From Desulfocapsa sulfexigens DSM 10523 (GTDB taxonomy: Bacteria; Desulfobacterota; Desulfobulbia; Desulfobulbales; Desulfocapsaceae), in contig NC_020304.1 in assembly GCF_000341395.1 (NCBI RefSeq), positions 570,001 through 602,000 on the forward strand: a stretch of 32,000 nt of DNA, given 5' to 3'. Of this stretch, positions 20,351 through 30,219 are shown in pieces (within the stretch, counting starts at the first letter, position 1; every line of letters begins with the position of its first letter). The position numbers and the translations under genes were made by a program. The notes beneath the pieces are model-generated. The model ran no database searches and was not told the DNA's origin. It saw nothing but the letters and a program-made list of their open reading frames with translations.

Positions 20351-21502
20351 TCAGGTCAAAGATGATACGCTACCACTCAGTTGCTGCCGGCTGCCGGAAA
20401 CACCACCCTGAAGTTTCTTCTGCAGAGCACGTTTTAAACGGAAGCGATTCCAATAGATAACAGGTGTTTTGCTCACCCTTTGTTTTCCCGCTACAACTGC
20501 CTCGGGAAAGAAAAGAAGGTCAAGAAGATGATGGGTAGTGGCACTTTCTCCCAGGAAATGAGTACAGCCTGCACAGTAACTGATAATCGGATCGCTCCCT
20601 GCTTCTGTCACTCGTTTTTGAGTCCATTCCCTGGCAAAATCGGGTCGTATAAACCCTGCAGAGCCTCCTTCACCACAGCAGAAGGTGCGTTCCCGGCTAT
20701 GCTCCATTTCCCTAATCGTAATTCCCTGGTGCTGCAGAATATTCCTGGTACTTTGCTGCACCTCTGGAACAAATCGCACCCCACATGGGTCATGAATTGT
20801 CACCTCGGTCTGGATGCCACCTCTTATCTTTGGTGACTGCAGCAACTCTTCATACACTGTCCGCACCTCAATGCCAGTGGAATATTCCTTAAAAATACGA
20901 TGACAGTTCGGGCAGCTCACAAGAACTTTTGTTACGGAATTTTTACTCAGGATGCTGCAAAGTTCAGCAAACATTTTCTTAAAATGGGCCATGTCCCCAA
21001 GATCATGGGAAGGTTTAGTGCAGCAGTCAAACACGATTCCAATGTCAGGTATGGTTTCCTGTAAAAGCTCGAACAAATGACTGAAGGTTTCGGGACGACT
21101 GCCGGGGATGGCACATCCGGGAAACAATACCGTGTGGCAATTTTCAGGAAAATAATACCAGGAGAGCAGCGACGAACTCCCCCGCCGTTCATAGGCTCGG
21201 ATGGTTTTATGCTGCCTGAGCCGACCATGCCCCTCGTTTACCAACTCCTGCCGCATAGCGAGAAACATAGCTGAAGAATCAAGCTCCTTAGGACAAACTC
21301 CGTGACATAGGCCACAGAGACTGCACTCAAATGGAAACTCCTTGTTTATAATGGTATCCTTTCTCTCCAACCAACTCTCCGCAAGCTTTTGCGGAGAGCC
21401 ATACTCCTGCAGAAAAGCGCATTCCTTAACACAGATTCCACAGTTCACGCAATCTTTGGCAATACTCTCAATGGGAGACAAAAGTGTATCCAACGTCTCC
21501 AT
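20351..21502 (-). CDS. (Fe-S)-binding protein of the heterodisulfide reductase HdrD/GlpC type (CCG domains)
   Basis: Two 4Fe-4S motifs (CVNCGICVKECAF; CSLCGLCHGVCPKE) and CCG-type motifs (CCTKPSHDLGD, RTFCCGEGGSAGF). Confidence 0.92.
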   Translation of the reverse strand: METLDTLLSPIESIAKDCVNCGICVKECAFLQEYGSPQKLAESWLERKDTIINKEFPFECSLCGLCHGVCPKELDSSAMFLAMRQELVNEGHGRLRQHKTIRAYERRGSSSLLSWYYFPENCHTVLFPGCAIPGSRPETFSHLFELLQETIPDIGIVFDCCTKPSHDLGDMAHFKKMFAELCSILSKNSVTKVLVSCPNCHRIFKEYSTGIEVRTVYEELLQSPKIRGGIQTEVTIHDPCGVRFVPEVQQSTRNILQHQGITIREMEHSRERTFCCGEGGSAGFIRPDFAREWTQKRVTEAGSDPIISYCAGCTHFLGESATTHHLLDLLFFPEAVVAGKQRVSKTPVIYWNRFRLKRALQKKLQGGVSGSRQQLSGSVSSLT

Positions 21503-21505
21503 AAC

Positions 21506-22120
21506 TTAAAAAGGGCTCACCACTCTGGCAGCAGTTGTCATGGTGTTCATGATGTCATACATATTAGTGATGCTCCCCACCTTACGTTCCTCTTCCAGCT
21601 TAAAGAATTCAAGACAGGTTCCGCAGATCCAAATGGTTACACCTTGTTTTTCCAAAGCCTGCAAAGCTTCCAGTGCCTTTCCTTCCTGTGTCGCAAGCTT
21701 AACACCTCCATTATAGAGAAGAATATGAGAGGGGAGCGGGGAAATTTCAGCAATGGTTTTCACGTAGGTCTGCAACAATGCCCATCCCAATTCGGAAGAG
21801 CCACGTCCCATGGAATCGGAAGGAATAACGTAAACCAGATTACCGGCATCGGGCAGGGCACAGGAATAATCAGCTTCCTGAAAATCCTCCCTGGGAGTAT
21901 CACTCTCCCCTGGTGTAAGGCTTATAAGAAAATCACCATCCCCCCTTTGCTCCACACTCACTTGACATCCCTGACTCCTGCCAAAGCGAAGAACATTTTC
22001 CCGAGAAGCCTCATTATCCACAACAACACTGAAGACCTCTTCAGGATGATTTTCCAAATACTCCTTCGTCCGCAACACTGGTTCAGGACAATTAAGCCCC
22101 CTGCAATCCAATATTTCCAT
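21506..22120 (-). CDS. yedF: YedF-like sulfurtransferase-like protein (TusA domain plus DsrE-like domain)
   Basis: MEILDCRGLNCPEPVLRTKEYL TusA motif; IWICGTCLEFF; ends 3 nt before the CCG protein start. Start placed at 22120; the ORF track's N-terminal extension overlaps the upstream gene and terminator. Confidence 0.88.
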   Translation of the reverse strand: MEILDCRGLNCPEPVLRTKEYLENHPEEVFSVVVDNEASRENVLRFGRSQGCQVSVEQRGDGDFLISLTPGESDTPREDFQEADYSCALPDAGNLVYVIPSDSMGRGSSELGWALLQTYVKTIAEISPLPSHILLYNGGVKLATQEGKALEALQALEKQGVTIWICGTCLEFFKLEEERKVGSITNMYDIMNTMTTAARVVSPF

Positions 22121-22168
22121 AATATATTTTTCTCTCCTCTCGTTTTTGTAATATGACGGAGCTAAATC

Positions 22169-22210
22169 AAAAAAAAAAGCTGCCTTCGTCCTGATCAGGA
22201 TGAAGGCAGC
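22169..22210 (-). terminator. strong intrinsic terminator of the coiled-coil gene
   Basis: Minus strand: GCTGCCTTC-a-TCCTGATCAGGA-c-GAAGGCAGC followed by 10 T. Confidence 0.92.
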
Positions 22211-22238
22211 CAAAGATATAACGTCCGGAAACAGAAAA

Positions 22239-23153
22239 TCAGTGCGCAGGTGCTGCCTCACCTTCAGCAGCCTGCTCTGCCTCAACAGTTGCTTCGGGAG
22301 CAAGCTCTTCTGCAGGGGCAGCCTCTTCTTCAGCAGGTGCAGCTTCTTCCGCAACAACAATCTCTTCAATCACCTGATCACTCAACTGACGCTGGAGATC
22401 TTCAATAATCTGATATTTTGCAGCCAATTCCTTTTCAAGAGCAACCCGGGTCTCTTCAAGGATAAGGAGAGAATTGTTCTGAGCGGCAATTCGTGAAAGA
22501 AGTACATTCATGTTCAATTTCGTACGGCCAAGCTCTTCTCCACTGGCAACAAGGATTTTGTTACGCTCCTCAAGTGCCTTTTCAAGGGAAAGGATACGCG
22601 ATTTACTCTCATCCACCTCAGCTGAAAGCGCCTGTTTTTTGGCACTGTACTCGTCCACGCTGTTGGCCAGCGTTGACTTTACATTTTCAAGTCCAGTTAT
22701 GGTAACTTCTGCCGCAGCAAGAGCAGCATCTTTTTCTTCGATAACGGCCTTTGCATCAACAACTGCCTGCTCAAGGCCGGCAACTTCTGCAGTACATTTA
22801 TCCAACTGAGCCTGCATCCCTTCAAGGGCCTGTGAACCACCAGCAGATGCCGCAAGTTCTTTTTTCAAGCCTGCAATCTCTTCCTTCTGACTATCCACAC
22901 TTCCCTTCAAGGTTGCAGCTTTGGCAAGGAGTTTCTGGTTCTGAGCGGTAAGGGTCTCAACCTCTGCCAATGCCTTTTCAGTAGCAGCACTGGCATCGTT
23001 CGCCACAGCTTCATCTACAGCAGCGGGAGCCTCAGCTTTCATAGCAACAAGCTGTCTCTCCAGACTTTTACTTTTTTTGTCCTGAACCGACCCCCAAATT
23101 GTCCCCACCAGACAGAGAACAACCAGGGCAATGATAATCTGATTTTTACTCAT
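22239..23153 (-). CDS. membrane-anchored coiled-coil protein with acidic Ala/Glu/Pro-rich tail
   Basis: N-terminal TM (IIIALVVLCLVGTIWG), long heptad-like region, C-terminal AEEAAPAEEEAAPAEELAPEATVEAEQAAEGEAAPAH. Confidence 0.8.
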   Translation of the reverse strand: MSKNQIIIALVVLCLVGTIWGSVQDKKSKSLERQLVAMKAEAPAAVDEAVANDASAATEKALAEVETLTAQNQKLLAKAATLKGSVDSQKEEIAGLKKELAASAGGSQALEGMQAQLDKCTAEVAGLEQAVVDAKAVIEEKDAALAAAEVTITGLENVKSTLANSVDEYSAKKQALSAEVDESKSRILSLEKALEERNKILVASGEELGRTKLNMNVLLSRIAAQNNSLLILEETRVALEKELAAKYQIIEDLQRQLSDQVIEEIVVAEEAAPAEEEAAPAEELAPEATVEAEQAAEGEAAPAH

Positions 23154-23311
23154 GACCCGACCTCACAAAATATATTTAATAAAATATCCTTCAATAGCAT
23201 TAAACCAAACAAGAAAATATCAACCTACAGAAGATATGAGTAAGTGTCAATATCAATATATGCCAAAAACTCGTCCTACATAAAGTCTGATTTCAGGCGG
23301 AAAAACAGAAC

Positions 23312-25153
23312 CTAAATACTCTCCGGAAGTATCCTGACAGCACCCTTATCAGCGGAAGCTGCAAACATTGCATAGGCTTTGAGAGCCTGTGAAACATGAC
23401 GGTCACGATCAACGGGTGAAAAGGCATCCCGCCCCTTCTCCAACTCCTCTGTCCTTCGCCTGGAAAGCTCTTCATCCGAGACAAGAACGTTTATCTTCCG
23501 TTTTGGAATATTAATCTCAACTGCATCACCCTCCTGAACGAGAGCGATGGCACCACCAGCCGCTGCCTCGGGTGACACATGACCAATGGAAAGTCCCGAT
23601 GTACCTCCTGAGAAACGGCCATCGGTGATGAGAGCACACTCTTTTCCAAGGTGGACTGATTTGAGATAGGAAGTGGGATACAACATTTCCTGCATTCCAG
23701 GCCCACCCTTGGGGCCTTCGTAACGGATAATCACAACATCCCCTGCCTTGACGGTACCATCAAGAATAGCCTCACAGGCAGCTTCCTGTGAGGAATAGAC
23801 TTTAGCAGTTCCCTGAAAATCAAAAATAGACGGATCAACACCGGCCGTTTTCACGATACAACCGTCGAGTGCAATATTCCCGTACAATACTGCCAGCCCG
23901 CCATCCTTACTATAAGCGTGTTCCACATCACGGATACACCCATCAGCCCGATCGAGGTCTGCGCTCTCGTACATACTTTGCTGTGACCCCATAACAAGAT
24001 TCCGTCCATTTTGCGCAGGAGCACTGAGATAGAGTTTACGAGCCTCTTCATTACAGCTTTCGGCTGCCACATCCCAGCCTTCAAGAATAGTTTTAAGGGT
24101 TTTCCCTTCAACTCGACTGACACTGCTGTCAATCATTCCGGCCCTGTCGAGTTCTGCAAGAATTGCCATAATACCACCGGCCCGATTCACATCTTCCATA
24201 TGATAATGCGAAGAAGGTGCAACTTTACAGAGGTTTGGTATTCTTCGTGACAGTGCATCAATATCAGCCATGCTGAAATCGACTTCAGCCTCTTTAGCAA
24301 TAGCCAGAAGATGCAATACCGTATTTGTCGAACCACCCATGGCAATATCCAGGGTCATGGAATTTAAAAAGGCAGCGCGAGTTGCAATGTTGCGCGGCAG
24401 CACCGAGGCATCTTCCCTGTTGTACCAGGCATCGGTCATATCAACTATACGTTCTGCTGCACGCTCAAAAAGGTTCATCCTGTTTGCATGGGTGGCAACA
24501 ATGGTCCCGTTTCCAGGCAGCGCCATTCCAAGCGCCTCATTCAATGAGTTCATGGAATTTGCAGTGAACATCCCGGAGCATGAGCCACAGGTTGGGCAGG
24601 CACAGCGTTCCACCACATCAACCTCGGCATCACTCACCTCGCGGTCTGCACCCATTACCATGGCATCCACAAGGTCATAGCGTTTTTCACCATCAACCCC
24701 CGCCTCCATTGGGCCACCGGAGACAAAGATCGTTGGGATATTGAGTCGCATCGCTGCCATCAGCATGCCCGGAGTAATTTTATCACAGTTGGAGATACAG
24801 ATCATGGCATCAACGGTGTGGGCATTACACATGTATTCCACACTGTCGGCAATAAGTTCCCGTGACGGCAGAGAGTACAACATTCCAGCATGGCCCATGG
24901 CAATACCGTCGTCGATGGCGATGGTATTAAATTCCGCCGCAAAACACCCACGTTCAGCGATCCGTTTCTTCAGGTGCTGGCCTATTTCGTGCAGGTGTAC
25001 ATGACCTGGTACAAACTGGGTAAAGGAATTGACTATGGCGATAATTGGCTTGCCAAACTGCTCTTCCTTAACCCCGTTGGCACGCCAGAGACTGCGGGCT
25101 CCAGCCATTTTCCTTCCTTGGGTCGTTGTATTGCTTCGTAATGGGATCGTCAT
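23312..25153 (-). CDS. ilvD: dihydroxy-acid dehydratase
   Basis: [53 protein letters not shown]; [14 protein letters not shown]; [20 protein letters not shown]. Confidence 0.98.
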   Translation of the reverse strand: MTIPLRSNTTTQGRKMAGARSLWRANGVKEEQFGKPIIAIVNSFTQFVPGHVHLHEIGQHLKKRIAERGCFAAEFNTIAIDDGIAMGHAGMLYSLPSRELIADSVEYMCNAHTVDAMICISNCDKITPGMLMAAMRLNIPTIFVSGGPMEAGVDGEKRYDLVDAMVMGADREVSDAEVDVVERCACPTCGSCSGMFTANSMNSLNEALGMALPGNGTIVATHANRMNLFERAAERIVDMTDAWYNREDASVLPRNIATRAAFLNSMTLDIAMGGSTNTVLHLLAIAKEAEVDFSMADIDALSRRIPNLCKVAPSSHYHMEDVNRAGGIMAILAELDRAGMIDSSVSRVEGKTLKTILEGWDVAAESCNEEARKLYLSAPAQNGRNLVMGSQQSMYESADLDRADGCIRDVEHAYSKDGGLAVLYGNIALDGCIVKTAGVDPSIFDFQGTAKVYSSQEAACEAILDGTVKAGDVVIIRYEGPKGGPGMQEMLYPTSYLKSVHLGKECALITDGRFSGGTSGLSIGHVSPEAAAGGAIALVQEGDAVEINIPKRKINVLVSDEELSRRRTEELEKGRDAFSPVDRDRHVSQALKAYAMFAASADKGAVRILPESI

Positions 25154-25276
25154 GAGATTATACCTCTGTGCTCACTTATCTTTCTTTAATAAATAAAAAA
25201 AATTGAATTTCTTGTCTCTTTCATGACAATATACTATGAAAATAGCAGGTGTGTAAAAAAAATTCGGAGAGGATGA

Positions 25277-26446
25277 ATGAAACAGACAGAAATAGACTAC
25301 TGGATCACATCAATGCTTGAATCCTACGATAATGTTTCCGATTTAAACATTACCGTTGGTAAAACGCTGCAGGTAGAATCTGCAGGTGTTCTTATGCCCG
25401 TTGCAGTTTCCCCGCCAATCAAAAAGCTTACGCCCTTTCAGACCGAAGTCTTCGCCCTGAACCTCATTGGTAACAATAAACGTTTGCTGAGAGATCTGGT
25501 GGAAAATGGTTCCTGTGATCTCTCATATACCTTGGGAGACAAGGTTCGATTCAGGGTTAATATTTTTACTCAGAAAGGCTACTTCAGTACCGTTCTCCGA
25601 AAACTTGAAACCACCATCCCCACCATCAAGGGGATGAATTTCCCTAAATCCTTTAATAAAATGGCCGGAGAATTGAACGGGCTGGTCCTTTTCACTGGTG
25701 CCACCGGTAGTGGAAAGACAACTTCACTGGCCGCCCTTCTTCATAAAATCAATATGGACAGGTCGGTTCATGTGGTAACCCTGGAAGATCCTATTGAGTA
25801 CATCCACCCCCACGTCAAGGCGACCTTCAACCAGCGCGAACTTGGCAATGATTTCAGCACATTTCCTTCGGGGATGCGGGCAGCACTTCGCCAGGCGCCA
25901 AAGGTTATTCTGGTCGGTGAGATGCGGGATCGGGAAACTCTGGAAATTGGTCTCACCGCGGCAGAGACAGGCCATCTTGTCCTGTCCACCCTCCATACCA
26001 TAGATGCAGGCCAAACCATCAACAGAATCCTAGGTATGTTTGAACAGGAGGAACAACCACAAATCAGGAATCGTCTGGCGGACACCATCCGCTGGGTCGT
26101 CGGCCAGCGCCTTCTACCAAAAGTAGGAGGCGGTCGGATAGCTGCCATGGAAGTCCTCTGTACCAGCCTGCGAGTAAAGGATCTGATCTTGAATGGTGAG
26201 GATGAGGAAAAAACCTTTTACAAGGTTATTCAACAGGGATCAGCCATGGATATGCGAACCTTTGACCAGCACATCCTTGAACTCTACGAGTCCGAATTGA
26301 TCACTGAAAAAACCGCCATGCGCTACTGCTCATACAGAAATGAAGTCTCTCGCGGACTCGACACCATCAAGGCTTCACGCGGTGAGGCTACGTCATCATT
26401 GTCTGGGCTGGCCATGGAAGAAGAGGCGGAACCCACCCGCTGGTAA
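25277..26446 (+). CDS. pilT: PilT/PilU-family retraction ATPase
   Basis: Walker A GATGSGKTTSLAALL; VTLEDPIEYIHPH; ALRQAPKVILVGEMRDRETLEIGLTAAETGHLVLSTLHT. Confidence 0.92.
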   Translation: MKQTEIDYWITSMLESYDNVSDLNITVGKTLQVESAGVLMPVAVSPPIKKLTPFQTEVFALNLIGNNKRLLRDLVENGSCDLSYTLGDKVRFRVNIFTQKGYFSTVLRKLETTIPTIKGMNFPKSFNKMAGELNGLVLFTGATGSGKTTSLAALLHKINMDRSVHVVTLEDPIEYIHPHVKATFNQRELGNDFSTFPSGMRAALRQAPKVILVGEMRDRETLEIGLTAAETGHLVLSTLHTIDAGQTINRILGMFEQEEQPQIRNRLADTIRWVVGQRLLPKVGGGRIAAMEVLCTSLRVKDLILNGEDEEKTFYKVIQQGSAMDMRTFDQHILELYESELITEKTAMRYCSYRNEVSRGLDTIKASRGEATSSLSGLAMEEEAEPTRW

Positions 26447-26457
26447 AGAGGAATGCG

Positions 26458-27147
26458 ATGATCACTATATGCAAAAACTGCAACAAAAAGCTAACGCTCA
26501 GCAATAAAATTAAAAAAGGGATTGCCCAACTTGCCCCTGGCCGACTCCTGCGTCTTCCGTGCCCACAATGCGGCAAAGCCATTGTGCTGGACGCCACTAG
26601 TATTGCTTCTGAAAATAATCCGTCACGGACTCTGCCTAAAAAACTAATCAGGCCACCATCTCCTCCTGACATCAGCTGGCTCAAGGAAGGAGTATTTGAA
26701 GAGGAAGAGGTTGTTGAAGACATCCCTCAAACCTTGATTCTCATTCAACCCGGCCCGGATCGGGACAAAGTGACGGAAGCCGTAGAATCCATAGGCTACC
26801 AGGCAAGCTTTGCCGAATCGGACGAAGAGGCCATTGGGAAGATGCAGTTTGTAAACTATGCAAGCGTTATCCTCCACACAGACTTCAGAGACGGAACACT
26901 GGAAGAATCCCCCTTCCACCAGTTCATGTGCGATATGTCCATGCTAAAGCGCCGTTTTATCTTTTACATTCTCATAGGGTCTGAGTTTTCAACCCTCTAT
27001 GATCTCGAAGCCCTGTCAAACTCAGCTAACCTTGTAGTCAACACCGAGGAAATTCCAGAGCTCCTGACGATTCTCCGCAAGGCCATTCCGCGCTATGAGG
27101 AACTTTTCGGTTCCTTGATGGCAGAATTAAACGCCTACAGTGGCTAG
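26458..27147 (+). CDS. zinc-ribbon protein with possible receiver-like C-terminal region
   Basis: CKNCNKKL ... LPCPQCGK zinc ribbon; TLILIQPGPDRDKVTEAVESIGYQASFAESDEEAIGKM resembles a receiver domain N-terminus; 11 nt after the pilT-like stop. Confidence 0.8.
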   Translation: MITICKNCNKKLTLSNKIKKGIAQLAPGRLLRLPCPQCGKAIVLDATSIASENNPSRTLPKKLIRPPSPPDISWLKEGVFEEEEVVEDIPQTLILIQPGPDRDKVTEAVESIGYQASFAESDEEAIGKMQFVNYASVILHTDFRDGTLEESPFHQFMCDMSMLKRRFIFYILIGSEFSTLYDLEALSNSANLVVNTEEIPELLTILRKAIPRYEELFGSLMAELNAYSG

Positions 27148-27320
27148 CCTACAGCAGGAGATGCGGATTTGCAGGTGATCACCCATGGGGCGATTGCAAG
27201 GCAAACAAGTCGGCTGTTAATCGAATTCTTTTTGAGATCAAGAAAAGAAATGATATGATTTTTCTAAGGACATCAACCTGACTTTTTATAATTCTTGCAA
27301 CTACCCCAACAGGAGACGCC

Positions 27321-27770
27321 ATGCTTACAGCCTCTGAGATTATGACCAAAGATGTTATTTCCGTTCACCCGGAAACACCGGTCGCCCAACTTGCAACACT
27401 TCTCACCACCCACAATATCAGCGGTGTCCCGGTACTTGATGATGACAACAATGTTATTGCGGTGGTTACCGAAAGTGACCTCATCGATCAGTCGAAAAAG
27501 CTCCACATTCCTACCGTTGTTACAATCCTTGACTCTGTTTTCTATCTGGAAAACCCCGACAAGATGGAAGCTGAAATGAAAAAAATTGCTGCAACCAGAG
27601 TTGCTGAAATTTGCAGCGGCACCCCCAAGACCATATCTCCTGACACCCGCCTTGATGAAATAGCAACCATAATGGCTGAAGATAACATCCATACACTTCC
27701 TGTTCTGGATGAGGGGAAACTTGTCGGTATTATAGGAAAGAAAGATATTATCAAGACACTTATCAGCTGA
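27321..27770 (+). CDS. CBS-domain pair protein
   Basis: MLTASEIMTKDVISVHPETPVAQLATLLTTHNISGVPVLDDDNNVIAVVTESDL and a second repeat ending LVGIIGKKDIIKTL. Confidence 0.93.
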   Translation: MLTASEIMTKDVISVHPETPVAQLATLLTTHNISGVPVLDDDNNVIAVVTESDLIDQSKKLHIPTVVTILDSVFYLENPDKMEAEMKKIAATRVAEICSGTPKTISPDTRLDEIATIMAEDNIHTLPVLDEGKLVGIIGKKDIIKTLIS

Positions 27771-27879
27771 AAAGTGGTACAGGAACGAAGCAGTCCCGAA
27801 AGCGCAATACCGTCCTAACTCCGCATGGTTTCATCTATAAACATGCTTTAATTTTTTTTCACCTGCCCCCAAGAAGTTC

Positions 27880-27908
27880 TTGTCTTTCCATTCTTCTTTT
27901 GCTATAAA
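27880..27908 (+). promoter_or_regulatory. putative sigma70 promoter of rpsA
   Basis: TTGTCT (27880-27885), 17-nt spacer, TATAAA (27903-27908). Confidence 0.6.
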
Positions 27909-27930
27909 GTAGTGTTTTACCGAACAGCAA

Positions 27931-27964
27931 GGTTACAGTTTCACACTGTGACCTTTCTTTTTTT
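27931..27964 (+). terminator. terminator/attenuator-like hairpin in the rpsA leader
   Basis: GGTTACAG-tttcaca-CTGTGACC (8 bp with one G-U) followed by TTTCTTTTTTT. Confidence 0.6.
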
Positions 27965-28043
27965 CAGAGTCGATGGAAGCATCGGCAAACTAATAACCTT
28001 AACACCTGGCCGTATATACTAGGCCGCAATAAGAGTAGAAACC

Positions 28044-29783
28044 ATGACAGAGGAACTTAACCAAACAACCCAGGACAACGACGAAGAGATGAGCTTTGCG
28101 GAACTCTTCGAAATGGAAGAAAACAATACAGTGGTTAACGTCGGCGACGTTACCATCGGTACCATTATTGGCACCGTGGACGACTACGTCCTTGTAGATG
28201 TCGGAGACAAGGCAGAGAGCTATATTGCCAAATCCGAATTCCAACTTGACGATGACATTCAATTTAATGTCGGCGACACCTTTGAAGTATTCGTAGAACG
28301 CCGCAAGGACGAAGGCGGTCTCCTGCTGTCACGGGAAAAAGCCATAGCTATCAAAGTATGGGAAGATATAGCAAAAATTCAGGAAGAAGACGGTACCATC
28401 GAAGGAAAAGTTGAAAATCGCGTCAAGGGCGGCATGTCCGTCAACATCGGTGTCCCCGCGTTCCTCCCCTATTCTCAGATAGACCTTCGACCTGTTAAAG
28501 ATCTCGATGCTCTGATTGGAGAATCTTTTGATTTCAAAATTCTCAAATTTAACCGTAAACGCAACAACGTGGTTATTTCTCGTCGTGCTATCCTCGAAGA
28601 GGCTCGCTCCAAACTGCGTGAGAAAATGCGCTCGGTTCTTGAAGAAGGACAGATCATCAAGGGAGCAATCACTAATATCACCGATTACGGTCTCTTTATC
28701 GACATGGGTGGCATGGACGGTCTCTGTCATATCACCGACCTTTCCTGGGGCCGCGTTTCCCATCCCGCAAAACTGTATAAGGTTGGCCAGGAACTCGAAG
28801 TCAAGGTTCTCAAGTACGACAAAGACCACGACAGGGTATCCCTTGGTGTTAAACAGCTTAAAGCTGATCCATGGGCAACCGTTGCCGAGCGTTTCCCAAT
28901 ATCTGAGAAAACCGTGGGTAAGGTTGTTTCCATCACCGATTATGGTGTTTTTGTAGAGCTTGAAGAGGGCGTTGAAGGCCTGATTCATGTTTCAGAGATG
29001 ACATGGTCCAAGAAGCCACGTCACCCATCCAAAATGGTAGCTGTTGGTGACGAGCTTGAGATCATGGTCCTCAACATCGAGCCTGAAACCAAACGTATCT
29101 CACTCGGAATGAAACAACTCCTTCCAAACCCCTGGGATCTGGTTACCGACAACTACCCAGTTGGTTCTGTTATCGAAGGAAAAGTCAAAAACATTACTGA
29201 CTTTGGTATCTTTATTGGAATCGAGGAAGGCATTGACGGACTTATTCATGTATCCGACCTTTCCTGGACTGAGCGTATCAAACACCCCTCCGAGAAATAC
29301 TCCAAGGGCGAGACCATTCAGGCCGTTGTCCTGAAGATCGACAAAGAGCACGAGCGCTTCTCATTGGGCATTAAACAGCTTGAGCCCGATCCATGGCAGG
29401 CTGCTTACAACAACTTTCCTTCAGGAACCATCATTGAAGGAAAGATCACCAACGTCACCGACTTTGGTGTCTTTGTTCAGCTCGAAGAGGGAATCGAAGG
29501 ACTTGTTCACGTCTCTGAAATCTCCAAAGATAAGGTCAAGACTCCAGTTGGAATGTACGAAGTGGGCGACACTCTGAAAGCAATCGTCATCAATGTTTCT
29601 GCCAAAGACAGGAAGATCGGCCTTTCCATCAAAACTCTTGAAGAGGATGGAGAAGAAGGTGCTGCTGAGAACTACGCCAAGAAGAAAGAAGAGGCAGAAG
29701 CTGCTGCTCCTTCCACCTTCGGCGACCTGCTCAAAGCTGCTGCTGCTGACGATAACGCTGAGGAAAGTTCCGAAGAAAAGTAA
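28044..29783 (+). CDS. rpsA: 30S ribosomal protein S1 (six S1 motifs)
   Basis: Six S1 repeats, e.g. GTIIEGKITNVTDFGVFVQLEEGIEGLVHVSEIS. Confidence 0.97.
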   Translation: MTEELNQTTQDNDEEMSFAELFEMEENNTVVNVGDVTIGTIIGTVDDYVLVDVGDKAESYIAKSEFQLDDDIQFNVGDTFEVFVERRKDEGGLLLSREKAIAIKVWEDIAKIQEEDGTIEGKVENRVKGGMSVNIGVPAFLPYSQIDLRPVKDLDALIGESFDFKILKFNRKRNNVVISRRAILEEARSKLREKMRSVLEEGQIIKGAITNITDYGLFIDMGGMDGLCHITDLSWGRVSHPAKLYKVGQELEVKVLKYDKDHDRVSLGVKQLKADPWATVAERFPISEKTVGKVVSITDYGVFVELEEGVEGLIHVSEMTWSKKPRHPSKMVAVGDELEIMVLNIEPETKRISLGMKQLLPNPWDLVTDNYPVGSVIEGKVKNITDFGIFIGIEEGIDGLIHVSDLSWTERIKHPSEKYSKGETIQAVVLKIDKEHERFSLGIKQLEPDPWQAAYNNFPSGTIIEGKITNVTDFGVFVQLEEGIEGLVHVSEISKDKVKTPVGMYEVGDTLKAIVINVSAKDRKIGLSIKTLEEDGEEGAAENYAKKKEEAEAAAPSTFGDLLKAAAADDNAEESSEEK

Positions 29784-29810
29784 CCCAACTTTCCGTTGCA
29801 GGCCAAACAG

Positions 29811-29856
29811 GTTGTTTTACCGGGAGAGAATTCTTTCCGGTAAAACAACTTTTTTT
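29811..29856 (+). terminator. intrinsic terminator of rpsA
   Basis: GTTGTTTTACCGG ... CCGGTAAAACAAC (13-bp perfect outer stem) followed by 7 T. Confidence 0.93.
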
Positions 29857-29892
29857 ATTTTTATCGCTCTTACAGACAACTAAGTCATAATC

Positions 29893-30171
29893 ATGCTAAA
29901 AAAAGAACTTGTCAATGAAGTAAGCAATGAACTGTCTCTCCATAAAAGTGATGTAACCACAGCACTCGATATTATGCTGAACACCATGGAAGATGCCTTG
30001 AAAGAAGATCGTCGCATTGAGCTTAGGGGATTTGGCAGCTTTGCCGTGAGAAAACGTAAAGCACGTAGTACCAAAAACCCTAAAACCGGAACAATTATGA
30101 ATATTCCGGAACGCAAAACCATTCATTTTACCATGAGCAAATCCTTAAAAGAAGCGCTCATCAAAGAGTAA
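29893..30171 (+). CDS. HU/IHF family DNA-binding protein
   Basis: MLKKELVNEVSNEL...RRIELRGFGSFAVRKRKARSTKNPKTGTIMNIPERKTIHFTMSKSLKEAL. Confidence 0.95.
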   Translation: MLKKELVNEVSNELSLHKSDVTTALDIMLNTMEDALKEDRRIELRGFGSFAVRKRKARSTKNPKTGTIMNIPERKTIHFTMSKSLKEALIKE

Positions 30172-30219
30172 GGGATCTGGGGGATCAGAAGTATCCGGGA
30201 CAACAATCCACTGGGAGTA

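Noticed and set aside
21389-22156. 255-aa plus-strand ORF antisense to the yedF-like gene
   Set aside because: It is fully antisense to a recognisable TusA/DsrE-like protein and shows no recognisable motif.
22121-22369. N-terminal 83-aa extension of the yedF-like ORF in the supplied track
   Set aside because: It overlaps the 3' end of the coiled-coil gene and the strong terminator at 22169-22210; the TusA motif begins at the ATG at 22120.
28329-28988. 219-aa minus-strand ORF antisense to rpsA
   Set aside because: Shadow ORF opposite repeated S1 motifs; the S1 reading frame is unambiguous.
28044-29783. Repeated DNA segments within rpsA
   Set aside because: Explained by the six homologous S1 RNA-binding domains, not by an independent DNA repeat.
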